DNA of 64,000 bases from Anaerolineae bacterium (GCA_049975525.1 JBNGCW010000001.1:12472-76471); one strand, 5' to 3'; positions 1-9,986 are shown, counted from the stretch's first letter. A program made the numbers and translations. The notes: a model not told the origin generated them from the sequence alone.

Positions 1-65
1 ACGGCTGCTTGCCACAGTAAGCATAGGGTGTCTTCGATAGGTTCAACTCCGATTCCTCTTCAGCC

Positions 66-1568
66 ATGAATGCTTTAGAAAAGCGTATGCTCGGCAAATA
101 CCAAATCCTGGAGCCACTGGGTCGAGGAGGTATGGCGCGCGTCTATCGTGCTTATCATCCCCATCTGGAACGTTACGTCGCCATCAAGGTGTTGCGCACC
201 GCTCTGGCGGACGACGTTACCTTTCTGGCCCGCTTCCAGCGAGAAGCCCGGGCGGTGGCTGCGTTGCGACATCCCAACATTGTGCAGGTCTTCGATTTCG
301 ACGTCGAGGGTGAGCTGACGTATATGGTGATGGAGATGCTCGAAGGTGACACCCTCAAGACGCGCCTTAACGACTATCGCCTTCGCGGCGAGTACATGCA
401 AGAAGGTGAGATCGCCCGCATTCTGTTGGACGTGCTTAACGGCCTGGCTTACGCTCACAGCCGGGGAATGATCCATCGGGATATCAAGCCGGCGAACATT
501 CTGCTGACACGTCAAGGCGACGCCGTGCTCGCCGATTTCGGTATTGCGCAGATCATGGACGGCACTCGCTACACTGTCGAGGGCGCGTTAATGGGCACCC
601 CTGAGTACATGGCACCCGAACAGGGCCTTGAAAACCACAGTGACGCGCGGAGCGATCTCTACTCGCTGGGCGTCATCGTCTACGAGATGCTTACCGGCCG
701 AACACCCTTCACCGCCGAGACACCGCTGGCGGTGTTGATGCAGCACCTCAATACGCCACCACCGTCGCCCCGCAGCGTCGCGCCTCACATCCCCGAGCCT
801 TTCGAACGTCTGGTGCTCAAGGCGCTGGCGAAGGACCCCGACGACCGTTATCAAAGCGCCGGAGAGATGAGGAGCGCCGTGCAGCTGGTGGTGCAGGCGC
901 TCCAGATCACGCTGCCGAAGATGCTCTCACCACCGCTCTCCTTCGCGACCGAGGAGCTACCCTCAGATTCCGTCGCCATCTTTTCCGGTGAGGTGCGTGA
1001 GCGGCTGACCGAGGTGGATTTCGCTGCTCAAGAAACCGACGCTTCGTTAGGTCAACGTCTGGAGAAGGGGGAGCGGCGATCTCCGACTGCCAGTGCGCGC
1101 GGGGAGCGCGTGGGTCAGGCTCTCATGGCGGCCCTGCTCCTGATCCTTTTCGGCAATCTGATGATGTTGGCGATGGGCGGACTTTCGGGTAACTGGGGGG
1201 CTTTCGAGCGCGGCTGGCCCATGGAGCTGTGGCTCCTCGGCTCGGCCCTCGCGCTGATCATGGCGCAGGTGGAAAGCATCTGGCTCCTGCTTCCCACCAC
1301 GCTGGTGATGGGCAATGCGCTGCTGATGAGTTACTGCACCTTGACGGGAAAGTGGAACCAGTGGATCTTCCTCTGGGTCCTGGAGGTTCTGATCGTCGCT
1401 ACAGCGATCTTTGTGCCCCTTCGGCTTGCCAAACAGAGCGAGAACGCCCAAAAGGTGAGCCATTCCCTGGGCACCCTGCTGGCGGTGGTGGGCGCGGGCT
1501 TTACCTTCCTTATGGCTCTGTTGGGGATGGTGGTACACTTGTGGCATCAGTGGTTCGGAGGCGGCTAG
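66..1568 (+). CDS. Hanks-type Ser/Thr protein kinase with C-terminal polytopic membrane domain
   Basis: N-terminal kinase motifs GRGGMARVY, AIK, HRDIKPANILL, DFGIA, APE; Pro-rich linker; four C-terminal hydrophobic segments. Start ATG at 66. Confidence 0.85.
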   Translation: MNALEKRMLGKYQILEPLGRGGMARVYRAYHPHLERYVAIKVLRTALADDVTFLARFQREARAVAALRHPNIVQVFDFDVEGELTYMVMEMLEGDTLKTRLNDYRLRGEYMQEGEIARILLDVLNGLAYAHSRGMIHRDIKPANILLTRQGDAVLADFGIAQIMDGTRYTVEGALMGTPEYMAPEQGLENHSDARSDLYSLGVIVYEMLTGRTPFTAETPLAVLMQHLNTPPPSPRSVAPHIPEPFERLVLKALAKDPDDRYQSAGEMRSAVQLVVQALQITLPKMLSPPLSFATEELPSDSVAIFSGEVRERLTEVDFAAQETDASLGQRLEKGERRSPTASARGERVGQALMAALLLILFGNLMMLAMGGLSGNWGAFERGWPMELWLLGSALALIMAQVESIWLLLPTTLVMGNALLMSYCTLTGKWNQWIFLWVLEVLIVATAIFVPLRLAKQSENAQKVSHSLGTLLAVVGAGFTFLMALLGMVVHLWHQWFGGG

Positions 1569-1573
1569 GCCCT

Positions 1574-2989
1574 TCACGCCGAGGAGGCGTGGGGCAAGGT
1601 GAAGGTGAACGTTGCGCCTTTGCCTGGCTCGCTGGCGACCCTCACCTGTCCGCCGTGCAGCTCGACGATCTGTTTGACGATAGCCAGCCCCAGGCCGCTA
1701 CTCCCGTACTCTGTTCGCACGCGCGCTCGATCCCCGCGCCAAAAACGCTCGAAGATGTAGGGTAGTTCCTCCCGTGGTATGCCGACGCCGGTGTCCCGCA
1801 CCGAGATCGCTACCTCTTCCCCCTGGGGACGCGCCGAGAGGGTCACCTGCCCCCCCGAGGGCGTGTGCTGGAAGGCGTTGACGATGAGATTTCCCAGTAC
1901 CTGAGAGATGCGCCGCCAGTCTGCGTCTACCGGTGGTAAAGCCTCCGGTAGATCCAGAATCAACGTGAGGTTCTGATCCCCGGCCTGGGGGGTGAAGTTG
2001 ACGTAGGCGTCGCGCAACAAGTCGCCCACGTCGGTGGGCCGGCGGGCCAAGTGCAGCTGCCCTGCTTCTGCCTGTGCCAGGAGCCGCAGATCCTCGACCA
2101 GCTGGGTGAGCACGGCGGTCTCTTCCAGAATCGGCGCCAAGTGCTCCTCGTTGGCAGGGTACACGCCGTCGATAATGCCTTCCAACTTCCCCCGGATCAC
2201 GCTCAAGGGCGTCCGCAGCTCGTGAGCAATGTCGGCGGTCAGGTTGCGGCGCAACTCGTCCGCGCGCTGCAGCTCGGTGGCCATGCTGTTGAAGGCCTCG
2301 GCCAGCTCGCCGAATTCCCCCGCGTGCCCGGTGGAGACGCGTACCTCGAGATCACCCTGAGCTACCGCCCGCGTGGCCTCGGTCAGCTCCATCAAAGGGT
2401 GGCTGATGGAGTGTGAAAGTAACAGGCTGAGCAGCAGCGCTAAGCCCAAGAGGTAGGCACTGCTCACCAGCAGCTGCTGTCGGACGTCCAGGCGGGGCAA
2501 AAGGGGCAGCCGCCGCTCGACGTATATCCGCTCGGGAAAGGAGACGATGAGCGTGCCCACGACCTTGTTGTCGTGGACAATGCTGATACCCTGGGAGGTC
2601 TCGGCGGGCGGCACCACGCTCCCGAGGCGACTGGGATGATCCGCCGCCACGACGACGCCCTCGGCGTTGACCAGCACGAAAGACTGTCGTCGCTCTCTGA
2701 GATTCTGTATCATGGGATGAAAGGGGGCCGAGACCACCACCTCTTGAACACCTTCCCAACTTCCATGAAGTGCGTAATACTCGCCCAGGCGGGCGGCCCA
2801 AACGCGTGCCATCATCAGAGAGGGATTCTCACGGAAAAACTCCCGCGTGTTATCCACAGCACGTTGTCCGGCCAGGAAAACCCCCACGCCGGTCATCAAC
2901 GCTACCAACATGAAGGCCAGGAACAGTTGCCAGAAGAAGCCCGGATTCAGGCTGCGACGGAGGTATCGGAGACGTTCTCTCAGGTTCAC
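1574..2989 (-). CDS. two-component sensor histidine kinase (TM-HAMP-HisKA-HATPase)
   Basis: N-terminal TM, H-box HELRTPLSVIRG, G-boxes GVGIPREELPYIFERF and GSSGLGLAIV. Overlaps the upstream response regulator by 4 nt. Confidence 0.85.
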   Translation of the reverse strand: MNLRERLRYLRRSLNPGFFWQLFLAFMLVALMTGVGVFLAGQRAVDNTREFFRENPSLMMARVWAARLGEYYALHGSWEGVQEVVVSAPFHPMIQNLRERRQSFVLVNAEGVVVAADHPSRLGSVVPPAETSQGISIVHDNKVVGTLIVSFPERIYVERRLPLLPRLDVRQQLLVSSAYLLGLALLLSLLLSHSISHPLMELTEATRAVAQGDLEVRVSTGHAGEFGELAEAFNSMATELQRADELRRNLTADIAHELRTPLSVIRGKLEGIIDGVYPANEEHLAPILEETAVLTQLVEDLRLLAQAEAGQLHLARRPTDVGDLLRDAYVNFTPQAGDQNLTLILDLPEALPPVDADWRRISQVLGNLIVNAFQHTPSGGQVTLSARPQGEEVAISVRDTGVGIPREELPYIFERFWRGDRARVRTEYGSSGLGLAIVKQIVELHGGQVRVASEPGKGATFTFTLPHASSA

Positions 2990-3687
2990 GAGGGGGCCTC
3001 CAATTTATAACCGACGCCGTAGACAGTGATGATGTACTTAGGGCCGTCTTCTTCTGGCTCGATCTTGTGCCGCAGATTGGCGATGTGTGAGTCGATGGCA
3101 CGGTCGTAGCCGGTGTAGGCGGCCTCGTACACTCGCTCGATGAGCTGCGCGCGGGTGAAGGGACGGCCGGGTTGTTGGGCCAGGGTGGCCAAGATGTCGA
3201 ACTCCGTAGGTGTCAGCGAGACGGACTCGCCGTTCAAAGTCACCGCGCGTTTGGGTACGTCGATGACCAGCCCACCGACGCGGATAACGCCGGAGCGGCC
3301 CACATCTTGCTTTACGCGGCGCAGCACCGCCTTGACGCGCGCTACCACCTCGCGAGGGCTGAAGGGCTTGGTGACATAATCGTCTGCCCCCAGCTCCAGG
3401 CCGATCAAGCGGTCCGCCTCTTCGACGCGGGCCGTGAGCATGATGATGGGAAGATCATCCAACACCGTGTCGCGGCGGATCCTCCGGCAGACGTCGAGAC
3501 CGTCGAGGTCGCCCGGCAGCATGATGTCGAGTACCATCAGATCGGGGTGCTTGCTGCGGGCGATGCTCAGCGCCGTCCGACCGTCGCGTGCTGTCAAGAC
3601 CCTATATCCGGCCCGCTGGAGATAGTCGCGCACCACACCCAGAATCTGCACTTCGTCATCCACGACCAAAATCGTCTCGCCGCTCAT
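2986..3687 (-). CDS. OmpR-family response regulator (receiver plus winged helix)
   Basis: ILVVDDE receiver motif with conserved Asp/Lys; C-terminal winged-helix region LTPTEFDIL...YIITVYGVGYKL. Translationally coupled to the kinase. Confidence 0.9.
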   Translation of the reverse strand: MSGETILVVDDEVQILGVVRDYLQRAGYRVLTARDGRTALSIARSKHPDLMVLDIMLPGDLDGLDVCRRIRRDTVLDDLPIIMLTARVEEADRLIGLELGADDYVTKPFSPREVVARVKAVLRRVKQDVGRSGVIRVGGLVIDVPKRAVTLNGESVSLTPTEFDILATLAQQPGRPFTRAQLIERVYEAAYTGYDRAIDSHIANLRHKIEPEEDGPKYIITVYGVGYKLEAPS

Positions 3688-3739
3688 GGATCACCGCTTT
3701 CCTTTTCCTTTTCTTTTTGCGTAAGCATGATTGACTCCG

Positions 3740-3866
3740 CTGAAAAAAGGTCCTAAAAATCGGATTTTTAGCAAAACGCCCCCCTATATCTAGTGGTTTT
3801 GACCGCGAATTTTCCCGCATGTAGTGGCGAGTTCCGGAAAAATCCGATTTTTCCCACCTTTTTCAG
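3740..3866. repeat. MITE-like ~127-bp element, copy A, with ~30-nt terminal inverted repeats
   Basis: Left end ctgaaaaaaggtcctaaaaatcggatttttagc; right end ggaaaaatccgatttttcccacctttttcag is its near reverse complement. Each arm carries a 14-nt palindrome AAAAATCSGATTTTT. A near-identical arm recurs at 33045. Confidence 0.45.
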
Positions 3867-4368
3867 GTGAGTCAAGTATACTCTAGAGGAAACCGGGGGC
3901 AAAATGAAAGGGCCGACTGCACTCAGGGAACCTGCTTCCGCCTGGCCTTTGGTCCGCTTTTTCATCCGCCGCAGGCCAGGCCCGCGACCATCACCTCTGT
4001 ACCGGCCACCGCCACTTTTTCATATGTTCCCCTTAACGCCATGTTCCCTCCAAATGATACCCTAACATAGAATTGTAGAGAAAATATGGAGATCCGATGG
4101 AGAGTCTGTTTTTCTTGGGAAACCGGAGAAAGCTCTGGGCTGCTGGGCTGCCTGGGCATGACTCGGCAATGAATCCCCCACAGGAGTCTCTTGCCAAAAT
4201 GCGTAGTTTTGGTATAGTAGGGATTGACATCGTGCTTTCCTTTAACGCCCCTCGGTGCCGCTCCATTGAGGGACGTTAACCCAAGGGTAACGAAAAAGCA
4301 ATGTCGTGGGGAGCGTTGTCCTTTATAATTAGGATAAAATATTCTTTGAACCTATAAGGAGGTTTAGT

Positions 4369-4719
4369 GTGAGAAGAGAACGGGGTTTTACGCTGATTGA
4401 ATTGTTGGTGGTGATCGCCATTTTAGCAGTGCTCTTCGGGCTGACTGCGCTGGCGTTGAATGGCGTGGGCAGCGATGCTAAGAACAGGGCAGCCCAGGCT
4501 GAAGCGGATATGGTGCAGACGGCGATTGATGTCTATTCGGCCGTCAACGACGGCGCGACGGTGGCAAATTCAGCAAACTGCGAGAAGGTTGGCCCGGGTA
4601 GTGAGTTCGGTGCTTACCTGCGCCGGACATCACGCTATTACATTGGTTGGTCCAGCAACACCGTCCTGACCGCGTCTGAGAGTGCCGATTGTTCTTCGCC
4701 GCTCTGGACCCGCGATTAG
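4369..4719 (+). CDS. type IV pilin-like protein (prepilin N-terminal cleavage/methylation domain)
   Basis: Leader MRRERG followed by FTLIELLVVIAILAVL with Gly-1, Phe+1, Glu+5. GTG start at 4369 with AAGGAGG RBS 6 nt upstream. 116 aa. Confidence 0.75.
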   Translation: MRRERGFTLIELLVVIAILAVLFGLTALALNGVGSDAKNRAAQAEADMVQTAIDVYSAVNDGATVANSANCEKVGPGSEFGAYLRRTSRYYIGWSSNTVLTASESADCSSPLWTRD

Positions 4720-4803
4720 TCATTTGATTGTTTTGGCAGACCTGCAAAACACCCCAAAGGTCCCCAGGGCTTTTGGGGTGTTTTCCTGTCCCCCGTTTGG
4801 CCT

Positions 4804-6933
4804 GTGACGGCGAGCCGACGGATTCTTCCTGTAAGCCCCATTGCCTGCGCCGCACGACATCTCCGCGAAGGGTTGATCTTGCTCGCGGTGGGACTCGTGC
4901 CGCTGGTCTTGAACCCTCGCGGGCTCAACTACGTGCTTCCCAGGACGGCACTGCTGCGCGGCCTGATCCTGCTGCTGGGAGCGGCGCACGTGGTCGCGCT
5001 GTCCTGGGGTGACGGCGCGCTTCATCCCAGACTGTGGTTGCAACGTCCGCTGGTGCGACCCATCCTGGCCGTCGGCGCGGTTACGTTGCTCACTGCCTTC
5101 ACCTCCCTCGTTCCGCTCACCAGCCTGTGGGGCAGCTACCACCGTCAGCAAGGCGCTTATCTCACGTTGCTGCTCGTCGCGTGGAGTCTGCTGGTCGCCG
5201 GCAGCTTGCGCACGGCAAGGCAACGCAGGCGTGTCAGCACCGTCGTGGCCATCACCGGCACCTTGCTGGCGATCACGCCCTTCGTGGAATCTTTTTACTG
5301 GCATGAGAATCCCTTCACCTGGCGACCGGGTGGTACCCTGGGCAATCCCATTTTCCTGGGTGCGACGTTGGTCATGACCCTGCCCTTCACGCTGGCAACG
5401 ATGATAGCGTCCGTACGCCAACCCTCCGAGGTCTCCGAGAACTCGAAGGCTTCCAGGCTACACCTCGTCTGGGGTACTGCGCTGCTCCTACAACTCGTGG
5501 CCCTGCTTATCACGCAGAGCCGGGGACCGTGGCTGGGCGCGCTCGCCGGATTGTCGCTCTTCGTTGCGCTGTTCCTTGGACGCTCGCACCGTCGCTGGAT
5601 CGTGGGCGGGCTGATCGTGGCTGTTCTCGTGGGGGGCGGGCTGTTGGCCGGGCTCAACATAGGCGTCGTCCCGGCGGAGCGTCTCTCCCGGCTGCCCTAC
5701 GTAGGACGTGCCGTCAAAGCGACCGATCTCAGCCGGGGGACGACGCGCGTCCGCCTTGTGCTCTGGCAAGCGGCTCTGCAGCTGGTGACCACCTGGCCTG
5801 AAATCGGCCTGGAGCCGGACGCGCTGTACCCCTTGCGGCCTCTCATCGGCTACGGTCCCGATACGAGTGCCGTCGCTTACACCGCCGTCTACCCGCCGGA
5901 GCTGGCGCACATCGAAGACCCGGACGCCATTTGGGACCGGGCGCACAATGAGCTGCTGGACGTCGTGGTCATGCGCGGGCTGCTGGGACTTGCGGCTCTT
6001 GGCTGGCTGGCGGTGGCGCTGGGGCAACGTGGGTATCGACTCTGGCGACACGCGGCTTCCTCGACGGACCGGCTTTGGGTCGCGGCACCGTTGGCGGCGT
6101 TGGTCGCTCACGCCGTCGAAGTGCAGTTCGCGTTTTCCATCACCACGACGCAGATGCTGGGCTGGCTCGCGGTCGCGTGGATTGCTGCCCTGCCCAGGGA
6201 GGCAGATGCCGCGTCCGTTACGCAGGACGCGCAGGCGTCTCTACCCGCGATACGCTGGCGGATCTACGCTGCGGTTGGTACGCTGTTGCTTGTAGCCGTC
6301 GCCTTGCGCGTCGAAGGCGGCGCGATCTGGGCCGACACGCTGGCCGGACGCGCTCGACGCCTGGATCGACCGGCGCAGTGGCAGGAGAGCCTGGCGCTCT
6401 ACGACCGTGCCATCTCGTTCGTGCCCTGGTATGCGCCCTATTATCAGTTCCGGGCCGAAGCGCTTTTCAATCTGAGCCGGGGATTGCCGGAGACCAAAGC
6501 GCCGCTCAAAGCGCAGCTTTTCGCCGCCGCCGACCGGACATTGGCCCGCGCCCGAGACCTGCATCCGCTGGATCTGGAGCACTATGCCAACGCCGGGATC
6601 CTGCACGCCGCCTGGGCCGAAATCGATCCGGGACATCTGGAAGAGGCGGTGGCGTACTACGAGCAGGCCTTCCGGCTTGCTCCGACGCGCGTCTCTTTGC
6701 GCGTCGAATTGGGCCGTATCTACCATCACCACGCGCGCTACCGCGACGCGCTGACGCAGTATGACGCTGCGCTCGCCATCGATCCCCGCAGCGTCGAAGC
6801 CTGCTACAGTGCGGGCCTCGCCTGGGAAGCGCTGGGCGAGAGCGGACGGGCCCGCGCCGCCTTCGAGCGAGCTCTGGAACTCGATCCCGCCTGTGAGGCC
6901 TGCAAAGTGGCCCTGGCCTCGCTTTTGGAGTAG
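4804..6933 (+). CDS. O-antigen ligase (Wzy_C) family polytopic membrane protein with C-terminal TPR repeats
   Basis: About 12 TM helices with a large periplasmic loop typical of the Wzy_C / O-oligosaccharyltransferase family; C-terminal ~200 aa are TPR-like (AYYEQAFRLAP...ALAIDPRSVEACYSAGLAWEALGE...). Sits immediately downstream of the pilin gene. Start uncertain (GTG 4804). Confidence 0.65.
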   Translation: MTASRRILPVSPIACAARHLREGLILLAVGLVPLVLNPRGLNYVLPRTALLRGLILLLGAAHVVALSWGDGALHPRLWLQRPLVRPILAVGAVTLLTAFTSLVPLTSLWGSYHRQQGAYLTLLLVAWSLLVAGSLRTARQRRRVSTVVAITGTLLAITPFVESFYWHENPFTWRPGGTLGNPIFLGATLVMTLPFTLATMIASVRQPSEVSENSKASRLHLVWGTALLLQLVALLITQSRGPWLGALAGLSLFVALFLGRSHRRWIVGGLIVAVLVGGGLLAGLNIGVVPAERLSRLPYVGRAVKATDLSRGTTRVRLVLWQAALQLVTTWPEIGLEPDALYPLRPLIGYGPDTSAVAYTAVYPPELAHIEDPDAIWDRAHNELLDVVVMRGLLGLAALGWLAVALGQRGYRLWRHAASSTDRLWVAAPLAALVAHAVEVQFAFSITTTQMLGWLAVAWIAALPREADAASVTQDAQASLPAIRWRIYAAVGTLLLVAVALRVEGGAIWADTLAGRARRLDRPAQWQESLALYDRAISFVPWYAPYYQFRAEALFNLSRGLPETKAPLKAQLFAAADRTLARARDLHPLDLEHYANAGILHAAWAEIDPGHLEEAVAYYEQAFRLAPTRVSLRVELGRIYHHHARYRDALTQYDAALAIDPRSVEACYSAGLAWEALGESGRARAAFERALELDPACEACKVALASLLE

Positions 6934-7206
6934 CCGCACTCTTCCGTGAGCACGCTTTCGTTTCACCTGCGTACCCTCAGGTATATCCGTTCGTCGTCAG
7001 GCACAGAACGCAGGGGGAATGCTGTTCTGTGCTCTCTGACGCCCCACCACCTACAAGCGGGCCTACAGGCATTTTGGGACTCCGCTGACGTTGCGTTGCT
7101 TACTGCGAGCGGAAGGCTCGTCGTCAAGCACACAGACGTCGGCCAGCTTGAAACGATATTGAAAAGCCTGCTATAATTCAGGTGTCGCAAAATCGGGTGT
7201 TTACGC

Positions 7207-8712
7207 TTGAAACAAGGAGGGGCCATGGAGGAGGACATCACCATCATCGGTGCCGGATTTGCAGGGCTTGCCGCCGGTATCTACGCCCAGATGAACGGCT
7301 ACCGGACTCAGATCTTCGAAATGTACGATCTGCCGGGCGGGTTGTGTACGGCCTGGAAACGCACACTATCGACGGTTGCGTTCACTGGCTGGTCGGTTCC
7401 TCTCCCGAAAGCAGTATGCATCACTATTGGGAGGAGGTCGGCGTTGCCCAGGCGCACGAGTTCGTCAACTTGAAGGAGTATCTGCGCTTTGAGAGCGCCG
7501 ACGGCCGTACCCTCGTTTTCTACACCGATGTGGACAGACTGGAGGCGCACTTGCTGGGGTTTTCGCCGCAGGACGCCCGGCCCATCAAGGAGTTCATTGA
7601 CGGCATTCGTCTGGGTCTTGACTTCGAGCTGCCCTCGGATGCGGGATGGTTGACTCGCTTGCACAAGGGGCTCAAGCTGGTGTTCAAAGGGCGGGCGATG
7701 CAGAAGTGGATGCAGCTTTCGGCCGAGGCGTTCGCCGCGCGTTTTCAAGATCCTGTGTTGCGTCGGGCTTTGCTGGAGATGTGGTTCCCGGAGTTCTCCA
7801 TGCTCTTTATGCTCTTTACCTTAGCCTGGCTGCACAACGAGAACGCGGGATATCCCATCGGTGGCTCCCTGCCCCTGTCCCGAACGTTGGAGGCGCGCTA
7901 CACGGAGCTGGGCGGCGTGATCCACTACAATAGTTGGGTGGAGAAGATCTTGGTCGAAGACGACCGCGCGGTGGGCGTTCGTTTGGTGGACGGAAGCGAG
8001 CACCGCGCCGGACGCGTGATCTCCGCGGCCGACGGCCACGCTACCATCTTCGAGATGTTGGAAGGACGGTACGGTGACGAGACGACCCGCGAGCCCTACG
8101 AGACGTGGCCTACGTTCCCCGCGCTCCTCTTCATAGGTCTTGGGGGTGGACCGCGCCTTTGACGAGGCTCCTGAGACGGTTGCCGGCGTCAGCTTTCCCC
8201 TGGAGCGGCCGACGAGGATCGGGGCGGCGGTGCGAGAGCGCCTGGCGGTGCGTCTCCTCAACTACGATCTTACGCTGGCGCCGCCGGGTAAGACCACCTT
8301 GGTGGTGACGTTGGCCGAGAGTTACACCTATTGGAAAGAGCTGGCGCAGGATCGGGCAGCCTACAAAGCCGAAAGAGAGAAGGTGGGACGTACGGTGGTC
8401 GCGCTGTTGGATCGACGTTTCCCCGGCCTGGTGCAGCAGGTGGAGGTAGTGGACGTGGCCACCCCGGTGACCTTCGAACGTTACACAGGCAACTGGAAGG
8501 GCAGTTTCGAGGGTTGGTTGCTCACGCCGCAGAATGCTTTCACCATGATCCGTCCCATGAGTCAGACGCTGCCTGGCCTGGCGCGCTTCTACATGTGTGG
8601 GCAATGGGTCGAACCGGGTGGGGGCCTTCCCACCAGCGTCATGTCCGGGCGGCGGCTGGTGCAGAGGTTGTGTGAGGAAGACGGGAAGCGCTTTGAGACC
8701 GAGAAGGCGTGA
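7207..8712 (+). pseudogene. FAD-dependent oxidoreductase (phytoene desaturase / CrtI-like family), disrupted by two frameshifts
   Basis: Rossmann motif IIGAGFAGLAAG in frame 1 (7207-~7355), homology continues in frame 3 (~7356-8145), then returns to frame 1 (8146-8712). The second shift is inside a GGGGG run at 8143-8147: removing one G restores ...FIGLGVDRAFDE. Confidence 0.55.
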
Positions 8713-8732
8713 CCTGAGGGGAGAGAGCGGCC

Positions 8733-8761
8733 TTGACAAATGAAATGGGATAATGTATACT
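8733..8761 (+). promoter_or_regulatory. sigma70-like promoter TTGACA-17-TATACT upstream of the Fur-family gene
   Basis: TTGACA at 8733-8738, 17-nt spacer, TATACT at 8756-8761. The -10 overlaps a GTATAC palindrome that recurs upstream of the peroxiredoxin gene. Confidence 0.5.
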
Positions 8762-8798
8762 ATTTGAGAGTCATTCCTGATAGAAAAAGGTTATCGTT

Positions 8799-9248
8799 AT
8801 GATGACAAAAGAGGACAGTCGTTTTGAAGCCATGCTCGTCGCACTTCGCGAGCACGATTACCGTCTCACGCCGCAACGTCTGGCTGTGGTCCGCCTGTTG
8901 GCGGAAAGCGAGGCGCACCTGAGCGCGGCGCAGATCCACGAGCGGTTGTGTGAGCAATTTCCCACCATGAGTCTGGCCACCGTCTACCGCACGCTTAACG
9001 TGCTCAAAGAGGTGGAGGAAGTGCTGGAGTTGAGGGTTAACGACGACGAGCACCGCTACGACGGCCGCGATCCCCGCCCGCATCCGCACGTGATCTGCGT
9101 TCGTTGCCGGAAGATCATCGACTTTGAGATCCCCGGACTTTCCGACCTGGCGCAGAAGGTGGTCGCTGCGACGGGTTTTCAGGTCACCGGTCACCGGCTG
9201 GATTTCTTTGGCGTCTGTCCTGACTGTCAGCGTGACGAGAGCCTTTAA
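8799..9248 (+). CDS. Fur-family transcriptional regulator (PerR-like by context)
   Basis: Fur fold with DNA-binding helix LATVYRTLNVL and metal sites HxH...CxxC...CPDC. Directly upstream of a peroxiredoxin gene. Confidence 0.8.
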   Translation: MMTKEDSRFEAMLVALREHDYRLTPQRLAVVRLLAESEAHLSAAQIHERLCEQFPTMSLATVYRTLNVLKEVEEVLELRVNDDEHRYDGRDPRPHPHVICVRCRKIIDFEIPGLSDLAQKVVAATGFQVTGHRLDFFGVCPDCQRDESL

Positions 9249-9341
9249 TCTGCAGCAGGTCTCCCAAAAGGTCAAAGGGGGCCTACGTTTGTGGGGATGC
9301 TCAGTATACATTCACCCTTCACATGCAAAGGAGGTTTAACT

Positions 9342-9986
9342 ATGGAACAAAAGGCCATGCCGCTCATTGGTGATAAATTTCCGCAGATGACGGTTCAAAC
9401 TACTCATGGTACGATGACGTTACCGGATGCCTTCGAGGGGAAATGGTTCATCCTGTTCAGCCACCCGGCCGACTTCACGCCCGTCTGCACGACGGAGTTC
9501 TACGCTTTCCAGAAGCGCTATCCGGAGTTCCGCGAGCTCAACACCGAGCTGATCGGTCTGAGCATCGACCAGGTCTTCTCCCACATCAAGTGGACGGAGT
9601 GGATTGAGGAGAACCTGGATGCTGAGATCGAGTTTCCCATCATCGCCGATCACGGTGAAGTGGCGAACACGCTGGGGCTCATCCACCCCGGCGCCGGTTC
9701 TAGCACCGTGCGCGCCGTCTTCTTCGTCGATCCCGAAAGCACCATTCGGGCGATCCTTTACTATCCGGCCGAGCTGGGGCGCAACTTCGACGAGTTCCTG
9801 CGCATGATCAAGGCCTTCCAGGTCGCCGACGCGGAGAACGTCGCTATGCCGGCGAACTGGCCCGAGAACGAGCTGATCGGCGACCGCGTTATCGTCCCGC
9901 CTGCCAGCACCGTGGAGGAGGCCAAAGAGCGCCTGGAAACCTACGAATGCTACGATTGGTGGCTCTGCCACAAGCCCGTGGAGTGA
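9342..9986 (+). CDS. peroxiredoxin (AhpC/TSA family, 1-Cys / Prx6-like)
   Basis: FTPVCTTE peroxidatic-Cys motif; Prx6-type C-terminal extension. Start at ATG 9342 ([10 protein letters not shown]) with AAGGAGG RBS; the longer ORF from 9291 lacks an RBS. Confidence 0.85.
   Translation: MEQKAMPLIGDKFPQMTVQTTHGTMTLPDAFEGKWFILFSHPADFTPVCTTEFYAFQKRYPEFRELNTELIGLSIDQVFSHIKWTEWIEENLDAEIEFPIIADHGEVANTLGLIHPGAGSSTVRAVFFVDPESTIRAILYYPAELGRNFDEFLRMIKAFQVADAENVAMPANWPENELIGDRVIVPPASTVEEAKERLETYECYDWWLCHKPVE

Noticed and set aside
4720-5421. 233-codon minus-strand ORF inside the Wzy_C ligase gene
   Set aside because: Antisense to a multi-TM coding region; Arg/Gln/Gly-rich with no support.
6946-7176. 76-codon ORF in the gap between the ligase and the CrtI-like gene
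   Set aside because: No RBS, no recognisable domain, and composition consistent with non-coding sequence; a weak hairpin at ~6995-7030 more likely terminates the ligase transcript.
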